Part shown: positions 27,030 through 40,816 of the stretch, one piece after another
How the letters are laid out: every line of letters starts with the position of its first letter
Position numbering within the stretch: the stretch's first letter is position 1
NCBI GenBank assembly: GCA_964016885.1
Contig: OZ024756.1
Location: 32,240,001 to 32,304,000 of the forward strand
Reading direction: 5' to 3'
DNA: 64,000 bases
Source of the DNA: Eledone cirrhosa
Lineage: Eukaryota
Made by a program: the position numbers and the translations under genes
Notes under the pieces: generated by a model
Told to the model about the DNA's origin: nothing
Database searches by the model: none
What the model saw: the letters and a program-made list of their open reading frames with translations, nothing else

Positions 27030-27766
27030 ATAATAATTGTTTCTACTTTTGGCACAAGGCCAGCAATTAACCAGTCCATTACTGGTACTTTATTTTATCG
27101 ACCCCGTAAGGATGAAAGGCAAAGTTAACCTCGGTGGGATTAAAACTCAGATTGGCAAGGGCGGTAACTATATAGGTCAAAACATGGCGTCCGACCCTCT
27201 AACGATACTGCCAATCCACCAATAATAATATTATTATTTCTATTAGTATAAGTAGTAGTTGTAGAAATATAAGTAGTAATAGTAATAGTGGGAGTAATAG
27301 TAATGGTAGTAGTATTAATAGTTGTAGTAGTATATTGTATTATAATTATTATTATTGGGGTGTCGGATTGGCAGTATTGGTAGAAGTAGGACGCCATGCT
27401 TTGCAGCATAGAGTTACGCCTCTTTACAGTCTGAGTTTAAATCCTGTCGAGGTTAGCTTTGCCTTTCATCCTTAGAGGGTCGATAAAATAAAGTACCAGT
27501 CAGCGACTGGGGTCGATTTAATCGACTGTGCACTCCACCAAAATTGCTGGCCTTGTGACTATATAAGAAACCATTAATATTGGATTGACAGTATCGGTAG
27601 AGGGTCGGATACTATGCTTTAACGCATAGAGTTAAACCCCTTGCCATTCTGAGTTCAAATCGCGCCGAGGTTAACTTGGCCTTTCATCCTTACCGGGTCG
27701 ATAAAATAAAGTACCAGTAATGTACTAGGTAATTTCTGGCCTTGTGCCAAAAGTATAAACAATTAT
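27030..27766. mobile_element. Three family A SINEs (27030-27220 minus; 27357-27580 and 27582-27766 plus)
   Basis: Consensus matches. Confidence 0.9.
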
Positions 27767-27805
27767 ATCTTAAGAGTTACGTCCCTTTATTAGTAATAGC
27801 AGTAA

Positions 27806-27861
<56 letters not shown>

Positions 27862-28243
27862 ATATTGGTAGTGGTAGTAGTAGTAGAGGTAGTAGTAGTA
27901 GTATTTTGTTCGATTGTCAGTTCTGTTTAGCTTTGTGAAAACAATATAACATAAAATTAATTTTCTTGTATTGTTGTTGTTTCCCTTATATATTCCAATA
28001 AATATGTTTCCAATTGCTTTTCTGTTTGTTTATGTGTGTATGTATGCTTCCATCTCTATATCCATACTCATACATCAATGTTCTATATTTTTTACTGTTC
28101 GACATCCCCTAACACACACATAAATATATATATACACAAATATATTTATTTATGTATATCAGTTATCAGTATACGTGTGTGTGTATGCATGTTCATAAAT
28201 ACATGTGTATATATAAATATATAAATATTGATATACATATCTC

Positions 28244-28409
<166 letters not shown>

Positions 28410-28464
28410 AAATATGTGTGTACATACACACACACACATATATATATATATAATATATATATAG

Positions 28465-28495
<31 letters not shown>

Positions 28496-28729
28496 TGTAT
28501 GTATGTATGTATATTTATGCGCTGTGCGCTGTGCGTATATGCAGTCAATTTTATTGATTGTAAATTATATATTTTTTAATGCATTTCCCCTCTTAAAAAT
28601 TTCAATTAATTACATAAACCACTCCCTCCTCCACAATCTTGTGTTCCGTAGGTGTGCTTGCCTATACACACACACATACACACACACACACACACACATG
28701 TACATATATGAATATATAAACCCTCACAC

Positions 28730-28848
<119 letters not shown>

Positions 28849-29402
28849 AAACGAAGCTGTCTCTGTAGCTACTGTAAAAAAGATGGTGATATGGACAAAA
28901 CAAGAGAATAACTCCTTCATCAGCTGTTAACTGCAGATCATAGATCTTTCGGCGCTTAAATCAGGACATCGAAAGCGATCAGCAGCGCGCCCAAGGCCTT
29001 TTATCGATCAAAAGGTCATAAGGGAAAGAAAAGAAAAAATAGTGAAGAGAGAAGAAGAAAGAGGAGAAAGGAAATAGGAAAACACGAAGTAATCAAATGG
29101 AATGGAGAGGGGCTACATGGATACAAAGAAACATGCACGTGAGTAACCGTGGAAAAAAATAGAATTAGTTACAACGAACTGATTACACTTAAGTCTTGTG
29201 GTGTAATAATTAGGATCGATGTTGTTCAGTGCGATCTCAGCAGCGTGTGGGTAGAGAAAGAGAGACGGAGCAACCGGAAATTAGAGGGAGAAGGGAAAGG
29301 TAGATAATCCAAAAGAGTTTTACGACCTGTGTGAAACATTTCGTGAACGATCGAATCCCAAAGAGTTTTACGATAAGTGTGATCGTAAACGATCGAAAAC
29401 GA

Positions 29403-29493
<91 letters not shown>

Positions 29494-29741
29494 AATAGAG
29501 AGAGAAAGAGAATGAGAGAGAGAAAAAAGGGTAGAGAGAGAAGAAGAGAGGCGATATGTAAGCGTGATGGGACTACACATCGAGCAAAACTGGTACAGGG
29601 AGGTCACAGCGGTAATTCCAAAATTACAAGAAACGAAGCTGGCTCGGTGGTTCTGCAAACAAGGTTTAAGATGGTAATATGAACGAAACAAGAGAAGAAC
29701 CTCTTCATCAGCTGTTAAATGCAGATCATGAGTTTTTTTTC

Positions 29742-29916
29742 CAAATTGAAAAATAAAAAACAAGATGTCCTACACGAGTGAAAGTATAACGAAAAAAGAT
29801 GACTTCGAACATTTATTTATGTGTTTCCTTTATCGGTTTCACGCTTCTTATGCTTTTCAAAAATAGAATTGAGATGGAGGGTTTGTGCAAAACCACAAAC
29901 CCTCAATCTCAATTCT
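29742..29916. repeat. Family E copy with short terminal fold-back (29865-29916)
   Basis: GTCCTACACGAGTGAAAGTATAA...TGCTTTTCAAAA.AGAATTGAGATGGAGGGTTTGTG / CACAAACCCTCAATCTCAATTCT. Confidence 0.8.
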
Positions 29917-30507
29917 TTTTCCTATATATAATAGGTTACAGTATCGTAAAAGACGATAGAAAGAAGAAGTATAATGAGGTGCGATACAGAATAGTACATG
30001 CCAAAAGCGGATGCATAAGTGCTCGATGCTTAGATTATCAGGGTTAAATATTAGAGAAAATTATCGAGTACTCTGGTGCGTTATGGTCCACCGTGCACCT
30101 TATCACACATTCTTTCTTATATATATATATAAGTATTTTAGCAGTGGTTATTTAGTTAATGTATTAGGCACTACTGAAGATCGACTCCAACCGTGACTAA
30201 CCCCACTGAAAAGTTTCGTGAAATGGTCTTTTAAGACTATATAGTGCATTTGTAGTTTTCCCCAAATTGACAGTTAAGTATTACTTCTTGATTTTATTTT
30301 GAATTAAAATTGTATTGCTTTTTCCCCAACTTACACAAAGTTTGATGACAAAGTTTTTCTTCTTGATTCGTTTTGAATTAAGATTGCATTACTTTTCCTT
30401 CATCTTACATTAAATACTTTTTCCTCTTGATGGTATAGTCACTTATATACCTGAATTATTGTTGGCATTTTGCTTACATTAATTTTATTTTCATATATAT
30501 ATATATA

Positions 30508-30660
30508 TAGGAAAAAGTATGACCCCGACGGCAGAGCTCAAGCTGTTTCGACGGCTATTTCTGGACTAAATTAGAATTTTTATCCCACTCTACTACCCTA
30601 TGTATTGAGTACTCTGGTGCGTTATGGTCCATCTGGTTCCTTACCACAATTCCTTTGTTA
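30508..30660. repeat. Family B rearranged copy in (TA)n (further fragments at 407-462, 30066-30119, 39740-39782, 59254-59362)
   Basis: GACCCCGACGGCAGAGCTCAAGCTGTTTCGACGGCTATTTCTGGAC followed by the inverted distal part CCCACTCTACTACCC...GGTTCCTTACCAC. Confidence 0.85.
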
Positions 30661-31291
30661 TATATATATATATTGCCAGTATACGACATGCAAATCATCA
30701 TTATGACGCCCATGTGTGGTGGAGGAAGTGCCGGATATGTAAAGTATCCCAGCAATGTTTGCTTGGTCACACTTCTTTCTAAAATGTAACAGCGAAATAC
30801 CTCTATTTAGAGAATATATATAAAAGGCATGTTAAAAACTTTTTTCCGATGAGGAATTTACTCCAAACATCAAGATGTTGTTTATCTCCTAACGGCGTAT
30901 GGACTGATAAAAACTAACCAATTTTACTAAATTAATTCTGCCGTCGCAGACAACCAGCAATATCCCTGCAGACAGATTTATATTCAGATGAAGTGTATTC
31001 TGTTTTTTCTTTAGATAATTCTTATAATTTCTGTGTTTTTTTGTTTATTTCTTCGAGGCACTTTGTCATTACTGAAATCTTTCCATGGTGTATGCTTTGC
31101 GGGTAGTGTCATTGCTGAAGGTTGTAATAACATGTAAGGTAATATAGCATAATGAAACGATGTATCAAAGATATTGATGCTTTGAGATAAATCCTGCATA
31201 CGATAGGGCAGATTTAAGAATATGTATATACATACATACAGACATACATACATTCACACACACACACACATACACACATATATATATATAT

Positions 31292-31360
<69 letters not shown>

Positions 31361-31368
<8 letters not shown>

Positions 31369-31559
31369 TAATAGATTGAAGCTTAAGCAAAGAATTGCTG
31401 CTTTCCACCTTAGGTGAAAGCAGCGATTCTTTGCTTACACTTTAATCCGTTATTTTAATAAATATTTGCTCTATGGTTTTTATATATTTGATATATATAT
31501 TATCATATATTATCCTTATCAAACCCTCTTCGGATTTTAGTCTTCACGTTTATTATTAT

Positions 31560-31563
<4 letters not shown>
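31361..31563. mobile_element. Family C fold-back element (short left arm, long right arm) inside (TA)n
   Basis: Centre CACCT-T-AGGTG at ~31406-31416. The long arm is the reverse complement of 481-620. Confidence 0.85.
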
Positions 31564-31619
<56 letters not shown>

Positions 31620-32245
31620 TAACAAGAACAACTTAATATCTTAGAAGGTGACCACTCAGTCAGATGGTTTCGGAGTTAATATATAATGTCTCGATCATAA
31701 GGGACGTGAGTTTGATTCCTGAAAAAAGAGACGTATTGACTTATTAATCAAAATACTTTATCTCATGTTAGTCGTTCTGCTAGAAGTAGCGACCGGCAGA
31801 TAATATTAACAATGGAAAGATCGTTAAGATTTACTGATAGACTCTTTACTCGTCAGGACAATACTCTATATAAGCGCGCAGCGACTGGTACAGTTAGTTC
31901 TTATATGAATCCGTGCATTTATATTAGGTAATCATTTTCAACACATATGTTAATATGTACAGACATTCTCTATTCAATATCATTAAACTGGTTTGTATTT
32001 ATTTGTACATAGTTATAAAGCACCATTGTTATACTTGATTATTAACTACAAATTACGTCTACAGACAAAAGAAGAAATCAGATGTAGCAACAATAATGGA
32101 AAAGAAGGAAGGAGAGGCAGACTACATCCTAGTTTAATCTATATGTCTAAACATGTAATAATACATACAGCAATCGCAAACACAAGGTTCTTATATAGTT
32201 ATAATTTCTCTATTAATTTTCAAGATATATTGTCGTCTAGAGTAT

Positions 32246-32390
32246 GTGAAGGCGCTTGGCTTAGTGGTTAGAGAGTTGGATTCGCAATCCTGAAATTGTG
32301 AGTTCAATTCTCGGTTGCGTTGTGTCTTCTGCCAGGAAGTTGCGACCGGTAGATAGAATCAGCAATTGAAAGACCAGTGGAAACATTGTT
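32246..32390 (+). mobile_element. Second tRNA-headed SINE family (copies at 8868-8939 minus, 42826-42990 plus; decayed ~31690-31830)
   Basis: GTGAAGGCGCTTGGCTTAGTGGTTAGAG (A box) ... GTGAGTTCAATTCTCGG (B box), recurring with divergence. Confidence 0.7.
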
Positions 32391-32726
32391 TGCTTGGTCT
32401 GATTTGACGAGGACCACCCCACTCAGCAAGCGATATGCGTCCTGGGATCTTGTCGATCGATCAGAGCGTGAGATAGGGTATGTTATTTCGATTATGAGAC
32501 ACTTTCATTCACGGCGTTATTTACGTTTCATTCAAAGTTATATCCAGCCAAATATCCTAGATGTTCATGAATGTTGGGATTGGTATATCTCATAGAATAA
32601 TTGTTATTTTCTGACGTATATTCATACAGCCTCTCTTCTATTGGTATATAGTTGTAGCAGCATAAGATCCAGTGTGTAAAAGCGCAAAATGATATGCCTG
32701 GTGATCTATACTTTCATGGTTAGACT

Positions 32727-32888
32727 GACCATACCCTATTGGGGAATTTTTCTTGTTGTATTTTTATTGTTACTTTGTTATTGTTATTCATATTTGTTTA
32801 CCCGATTTATCTGTAGAACCCCACTGTCCCAGTCTTTTGTATTGTCCCCTACATGTTGGCCCTTGTGGCCAATAAATGAAATCATTAT
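32727..32888 (+). mobile_element. Divergent Tx1-like 3' UTR fragment
   Basis: CCCTATTGGGGAATTT...TTTGTATTGTCCCCT...GGCCCTTGTGGCCAATAAATGAAA, matching the other tails. Confidence 0.65.
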
Positions 32889-33858
32889 GTGTCGCATTGA
32901 ATAATTCGAAATTCTCAGGTTTTCAATCAGCTTTATTTTCTTCTTTTTCTTTTTAAAGTATATTCCCACACACGGAAACAGATAGGAAATAAAAAAGAGA
33001 GTCGGAAAAATGACTGTAATACATTTTAATCTATATCCAAACGATTCTCTCAAACCATTGACTATTACTGTCTAGGCTGCCTGAATGATCTATTCAGGAC
33101 TTATACAAGCCGGATCGAGTGAGCAGGTTTGTATCTAAATAAATAAATCTATTAGTTATACGGAAAAGAAAGTTTAAGTCACATTGTTCACGATTTAGAT
33201 TCGAATCTAACACCACATGATTACGAAACAGAATTTTAACCAGCGAAGTTGTCTCATACACAGTTCTACTGTTCTCGACATAAATATGAGGTGATATACG
33301 TTCTTGTCTAGCTCACTGGTCAGGTATAGAAAAAAAAATATATATATAAGCGAGAGAAAGAAGATATAATTTCTATGTTTAAGCGTAGCTAATATTAAAC
33401 CAAGTTGGTGAAGAAGTGAAAATGTGGAGAAGAAGACGAAGAAGGAATAAGAACGAATCAGAAAAAGGACATTTATTCGGCCAAAATGATATAGAAGATG
33501 CCTGATTTTTCACCATACCATGTGCAGTTATGCTGAAAATAAATATCCCTGTCTCTCTATCTCTCTGATCACTGCTTAAATTGACAACACCATAAATTGG
33601 TGTTTCTATACATTGCTAAATGACTTAGACTGAATGAATGTCTTAGAGAGAATAAAATCTTAAATGTAGAATGTTAAATCTGGTGTAAGAAATAGAAAGA
33701 AAAAAAGAGAAAAAGAGAATAAATACACCTATTTTTGTTCTCTCTGTCTTATAGCATAATGGCACGAAATATTACTGACAGTCAGTCCCGAAGAATATAT
33801 AATTCCACATAATTTTCGACTCAACTGAAATACTGTCCCAATAAAACTACTTTCATAG

Positions 33859-33943
<85 letters not shown>

Positions 33944-33947
33944 ACTG

Positions 33948-34026
<79 letters not shown>

Positions 34027-34242
34027 AACAACTACTACTACTACTACTACGAAGATGTCGGCAACTAAGATGAAGGAAGTGACCATCACCATCACCACAA
34101 CCACTACTACTACAACCATTATTATTATTATAATTGTTATTTATTAGAATTTTGTGGACGTGTGTATAACTTGTATGGGACACCCTGATACATATATATA
34201 TACATATACGAGATATATATAGAGAGATAGAGGGAAAGACAT

Positions 34243-34291
<49 letters not shown>

Positions 34292-34324
34292 GTATATATG
34301 TATATATGTATATATATATATGTA

Positions 34325-34369
<45 letters not shown>

Positions 34370-34403
34370 GTATATATGTATATATATATATATGTATATA
34401 TGC

Positions 34404-34528
<125 letters not shown>

Positions 34529-34649
34529 GGAGGTGAGTTTTATTGTAGTACAATAAAGCAATGCAGATATCGGATAAGCAACACTCTACAGTTTGTGGGA
34601 CTGGAGTATAAATAATATAAGATCAAAAGATGGTTGAAAGAGTTCCATG

Positions 34650-34720
34650 TATTTTATTATGCGCATTTCAAAAACAAATATCTTCATGCGATGATATTTG
34701 CGTTTTCGTCAGATAAAATA
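34650..34720 (-). ncRNA. Type I minimal hammerhead ribozyme (best-formed copy)
   Basis: TATTTTAT-CTGACGA-AAACGCAAATATC[10 nt]GATATTTGTTTTT-GAA-ATGCGCAT-A-ATAAAATA: perfect 8-bp stem I, ~13-bp stem II with one mismatch, perfectly palindromic stem III, NUH = AUA. Confidence 0.85.
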
Positions 34721-34851
34721 GGGAGACATGATATGAAGGTTAAAAAACACTTGTGAATAGTGCAGTTTTAAATCAACATATGTTGATATGTTGACTTAAA
34801 ACTGCACTATTCACAAGTGTTTTTTAACCTTCATATCATGTCTCCCTATTT
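34716..34851. repeat. Near-perfect inverted repeat (~60-bp arms) adjoining the 34650 hammerhead
   Basis: AAATAGGGAGACATGATATGAAGGTTAAAAAACACTTGTGAATAGTGCAGTTTTAA followed by its reverse complement. Confidence 0.92.
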
Positions 34852-35464
34852 CGCAGTTCTTGTGCTTTTCAAAAGTAGAATTGAGATGGAGAGTTTGTAG
34901 TTTTTCTCACATCTGGTTGGTGTTCGAATGTTACTTATGTTTTATATGGAAAACACTGGCTCGAAATGCTAGGTTTTTAGAGAAGTAACTTGGTTGGCTA
35001 ATGACTGTCATGTGAATAAGTATAATAAATTTCGCGCCAGTTCTTATTATATTTGCCTTTAAAAAAAGGGGGGTGGGGGTGGGCTCATATTGTTTTTTCA
35101 TATATGTGTGAAGTTTGGTTGGTTGATGCAGTCACCTGAATAAGCACATCAGCTTTCGAGCCAGTTTGTGTTTGAATTTCTTTTTACTTAAAAAAAAAGT
35201 GGCTCACGAAGTCTTTTTTTATAAATGTAATTTGATTAGTTATAAATGAAATTATGACTGTCACGAGAACAAGTACATTAAATTACGCGCCCATATTTTG
35301 GAATTTTTTTGTAGCCATTTAGAGAATTTTGTGCCAAACAAAAGATAATGGTCAAGAAAAACGGGATGGGGAGAATTGTTCTGGTTCAGTGAGTATGGCT
35401 GGTGTGCTGGGGTGTCAAAATTCGGAAATAAAGTAAGTAGAGATATGTATGTTTATTTGTGTGC

Positions 35465-35557
<93 letters not shown>

Positions 35558-35814
35558 TGCGTATGAAGATAATTCTATTAGTAGAAATGGGGGATCGAGT
35601 TGTGTGTGTGTATGGGTGTTATATGTGTGTATGTATGTGTGTGCGGAAGTATGGTTAGCATGTTAAGATGGAGAGAATATATATATATAGATATAGATAT
35701 AGATATAATTTTGAAAACCAAACAATGCATTAGAAAGAAAATTATTTATATTTGTGTTTCCTATTCAACAATGCTTCAGGAAAGCTAATACATATGCACA
35801 TATATATATATTAT

Positions 35815-35897
<83 letters not shown>

Positions 35898-35901
<4 letters not shown>

Positions 35902-36091
35902 AACCAGTAAGACCCCGACAGCTGAGCTCAAGCCGTTTCGACGGCTAATTCTGGACTCCAGAATTAGCCGTCGAAACGGCTTGAGCTCAGCTGTCGGGGT
36001 CTTACTGGTTCCTATTACCCACTCTACTACCTCAAGTATTGAGTACTTTGGTGCGTTATGGTCCACCTGGTTCCTTACCACACTTCCTTCG

Positions 36092-36094
<3 letters not shown>
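35898..36094. mobile_element. Family B fold-back element: perfect 58-bp arms around a single base (35956) plus 80-bp extension, inside (TA)n
   Basis: 35898-35955 is the exact reverse complement of 35957-36014. Confidence 0.92.
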
Positions 36095-36141
<47 letters not shown>

Positions 36142-37297
36142 GATAACATTCATATAATCAAGTTAAACATGATTTAAAAAAATGTGGTTTTATGAATTGA
36201 ACAGAATATTTTATCAGTCAAAACTTTGACATGTTATTCACTAATGATGTGATAAGGCTATGTGCATGCTTGACACACAAACTACCGATATAGTTTAAGA
36301 TGTCTCTTACTATCTATTATCTATTTTAATTGATTTTACTTTTTTATTTATTAGTTATTTTTTTGCCAAATGATATCGAATTTCTCGCAGCAGCCGAGAC
36401 GGATGTATAGCGATTTTCTTTAAAAATTCATTCTTATCTTTATCGATAATATCTGGACATGGAAACATTATTGTTTTCTCGATTCAAAATGATTGATATT
36501 TGGTTGTAGAAAATGTCTATTGCAACAGACAGTTATCTGCAGTTATTTACTAGTATCCTTTTTTTTTCCTCCTTTTTTTTTACTTGTATTTGTAAGGATA
36601 TATTCTTGGCGTGGATATATTCTTGGCGTGGAGTCCAGCTCGGAGGAAATTGCAAAATGTATATGTGTGTATACCAGGGCATACAGATATGCTATTGTTT
36701 ATTTTCCTGTTTAGTCAGAGAGGGAGGACATTACGCATGGCCTTTTCGCCTTCTACTGAGATAAGTCACAGTAAGAAGTTGACATTACAACGAAGATATA
36801 TCAAGAACACTTGATAATGGTAAATAAACGTCAGCTGTTGGTGGTATTATACCAAGCGATGCAATTAATAATGTGCAACTATTTCTTCTTCATTTTATTA
36901 TACACTTATATACTTTTTTATATTTTGTAACTTGAAGTTTAATCTGAGGTGAATAAATAGCTTTTCAATAATGACTGATTATTACTTAAATAAAAAAATT
37001 ATATGTATCTAGAAAATATTAAAAAACAGATATTTGTATAAACTTTTATTTATATGTCTAGTTTCTAGGCGCGAACGTGTATGTGTAATTGAACTATGTA
37101 TGTTAATATACATGTATATGAAGGTACACACATACACACGAATGCACCCACCACATGCTCATATACATAAATTTGTCGATCGTCTTTCGTAAAATCGGAC
37201 CGAGGAAACAATGTTTCCATTTGTCTTTCCAATTGCTAATACTATCTTTGGGTCGCAACTCCAGGTAGAAGGAGCAATATATATATATATATATTTG

Positions 37298-37366
<69 letters not shown>

Positions 37367-37511
37367 GATTGTTTGTGTATGGAAGGAATACAAAAGTATA
37401 ATGATGAAGAGGGAAGAAGTAGAAAAAGCGGATTAAAGGGAAAGAAATGTGAGTTCGTGGATTTTGTAAAGTCTATTTTTAGATAGAAGTCAAAAAGTCC
37501 CGTGTAACCAA

Positions 37512-37876
37512 GGCTATATCGAACATCAAATCAATCAAAACAGGGGCGCGCATAAGACATAGTAAAGATACTTCAGTTATTGTAGTCATAGATATATTGT
37601 GACTGAATAAAAGATATGCAGGCCAGGATAGGTACACAGGTGAGGGTAAAGCTGATAGATCAGAGTGGCGTGTTCCTTAAACAAAACGTCCCCTGCAGCT
37701 ATGGTCATATCGAATATCAATCAAAATAGGGGCGCACATGATTCGGTAGAGATAGGTCAGGAATTGTGGTTAGATATATAGTGATTGAATGAATGATATG
37801 CAGGTCAGGATTGGAATATAGGTGATGGTAAGTCTGATAAATCAGGGTGGAACGTTCGTTAAACGATATATCTGCA
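37512..37876. repeat. Diverged tandem dimer, ~180-bp unit
   Basis: ATATCGAA.ATCAA...ATCAAAA.AGGGGCGC...GATATGCAGG.CAGGAT...CTGATA.ATCAG.GTGG...CTGCAG twice. Confidence 0.8.
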
Positions 37877-38901
37877 GAAGATGTATCTGTATCGATATAT
37901 CTGCTGAAGATAGTAAATCTGATTCTTAACCTTAAAACCAAATCATTTATAGTAGATACCTTCAAATACATGTATATATTGATTGAAAGATTGAACAGAT
38001 AATTTAATAGCACATATTATAAATTCAATGTTCTACTCCAGTCCTGTCTTTGATCGTTTAATAAACATCTGAAGATGAAGAAGCGATATCTTTAAAATCC
38101 ATTTTACTATTGGATAGTGGTTAATAATAAACAGTTCTTTCGAAAAATAAAGTCGTGATTAAAACCTTTATAACTTCTTAGGACATCAGCTTTCTGGAAC
38201 TGGATTTTGAAGTGTCAATCGATTTTAAAACGAAACAGAAGTACTTCATAGAGAGCCATTTTGTAAAACGAAAGAATCACTTTGTGCTAACAGAAAATAA
38301 AAAGCATTTTCAACCATTTTTTTACTTGAAAAAATCAATTTTTAAATCAGAAACAATTTTAAATAACAGAAACCCAAACTCAACTGTTATTTGTCTCGGA
38401 TTTCTTATAAAATATTAAATTGGAAACATTAGGACGACGCTCGTTGTAAATTATAATGTCTAATCGTTTTTGCAAGATACTGCACTTTCAAAAAAAAAAT
38501 ACCAAAAAAGAATTCGCGAAAATGAAATAATGATATTTTCTATACGACAGTGAACAATATCAAGCCAATGCGTTAGGAAAAAATAATAGTAATAACAATA
38601 ATAATAATAATCAAAGGCTGAATAGAAGAAAGAAATTAATGCTGACAAAAAGATAGAAAGATCGAAAGAATAGAAGAAAAAAAAAAGTCAAGTAATTGAA
38701 AATCGCTTTTTCTTTGAAATTCTGTACTATTAATTATTTTTATTCAGTGTGAAAGATTTTATTTTTATTTTCAAAGAGAAAACAAGTGAATATTCTATGA
38801 TCTAATGTGAGTGAGGATTTCACCTATCTTCACTTTAGATTATCATTCCATTCAGACAATTAAATACCACCTACGTTGTAGTAGATTCAATAAATTATGC
38901 A

Positions 38902-38969
<68 letters not shown>

Positions 38970-38972
38970 CAA

Positions 38973-39050
<78 letters not shown>

Positions 39051-39051
39051 T

Positions 39052-39083
<32 letters not shown>

Positions 39084-39239
39084 CACACTCATATATATAT
39101 ATATATATATATATATTGACTATACCCCATCAACATATTTTGAAAGAATATATAACACCACGAACGCAAAAATGGTAGTCTATAGTCAATAATATATAAA
39201 CATATATATAGATATATACCGATAGATGCATACATATAT

Positions 39240-39285
<46 letters not shown>

Positions 39286-39286
39286 A

Positions 39287-39388
<102 letters not shown>

Positions 39389-39644
39389 CATACACACATT
39401 TGGCTGATCTTTGACTGTTTAACTCTAGATATATAAAAGAACTCCAGGAAATATGTAACTGTTGAATGATAACAGTTTTTTTAAAAGTGTGCCGTTATTT
39501 ATTTAGTTTTTAATGCTATCTCTTCTCATAACAAACACATTTTGCCGCAAGAACAATTTTTTTCTCGAAACATCAATACTTATATTCAGTGTAATGTCTC
39601 GCCTGTTATTCACTAAAAACATATATTCCTTGCCTTGCAATTTA

Positions 39645-39723
<79 letters not shown>

Positions 39724-39875
39724 TTTAAAACGGCGGGTCGCGAAGACTGAGCTCTTGCCGTTTTAACAGCTAGTTCCAGACTATGTATATATCTATCTAT
39801 ACATATTTATATAAATATGTATATAATTGCACACACACACACATGTATACATACATATATGTATATATATCTATG

Positions 39876-39992
<117 letters not shown>

Positions 39993-40036
39993 GTATATAC
40001 ATACCCTCGCTCTCTTACGCACTCATACACACACAG

Positions 40037-40096
<60 letters not shown>

Positions 40097-40683
40097 ATAT
40101 ACACAATTATTCCGCAAATGATACAATGACATCAAAGGAGATTTTTCTAATTCTTACTATGTTTTGTAACCTTAACGATAATTAGTATACACTTTCTTCA
40201 TTAAGCCTGTATTTCAAATTGAATAAATAATCGTCTGCCGCCGATGTGTTTGTAATATTTTATTTAATTATACACTAAATAGCATTGGTTATGTTGTATG
40301 TCTGTGGTTTGGTGCAAAATAGAATAGAAATTGAGCGCTGACTGAGCGCAGACTGAGCGCTGGTCGAGCGCTGGTTGAGCGCTAACTGAGTGTTTACTCG
40401 TTTGTAAATACATATGCGGATATTTGCACAAGAAATTAGACGTAGTGCGGCGTCGAATTAAAACGTTTGACCTTCTATGTTGTCAGGTGACATCAACGAT
40501 TGCTTGAAACCCCTATATCACTTCTTCGAAGTTTCTTTTTCTTAACTGCTCTTGCAGTTACACGTCTTTGTGTTATATACACGCCGTATTTGTTGCTTGG
40601 TATTCTCGTACTATTTTTTCTGTGTGACGATGGATGTGTGTTATCAACGCCAGATGTTTGATCACGACGCTCCTGATCTCACT

Positions 40684-40816
40684 TTGCTGAAGTTAGCTTT
40701 GCCTTTCATCCTTATCAGTGTCGATAAAATAAAGTAGCAGTAATGCACTGGGGTCAATTTAATCGACTTTTCCCCCAAGAAATTGTTAGCCTTGTGCCTA
40801 AATCAGAAGCCGTTAT
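40684..40816 (+). repeat. Family A SINE 3' half (other fragments at 3061-3148, 16845-16882, 21160-21255, 43084-43238, 53084-53152, 61485-61560)
   Basis: GCCTTTCATCCTTA...GTCGATAAAATAAAGTA body and tail. Confidence 0.8.
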
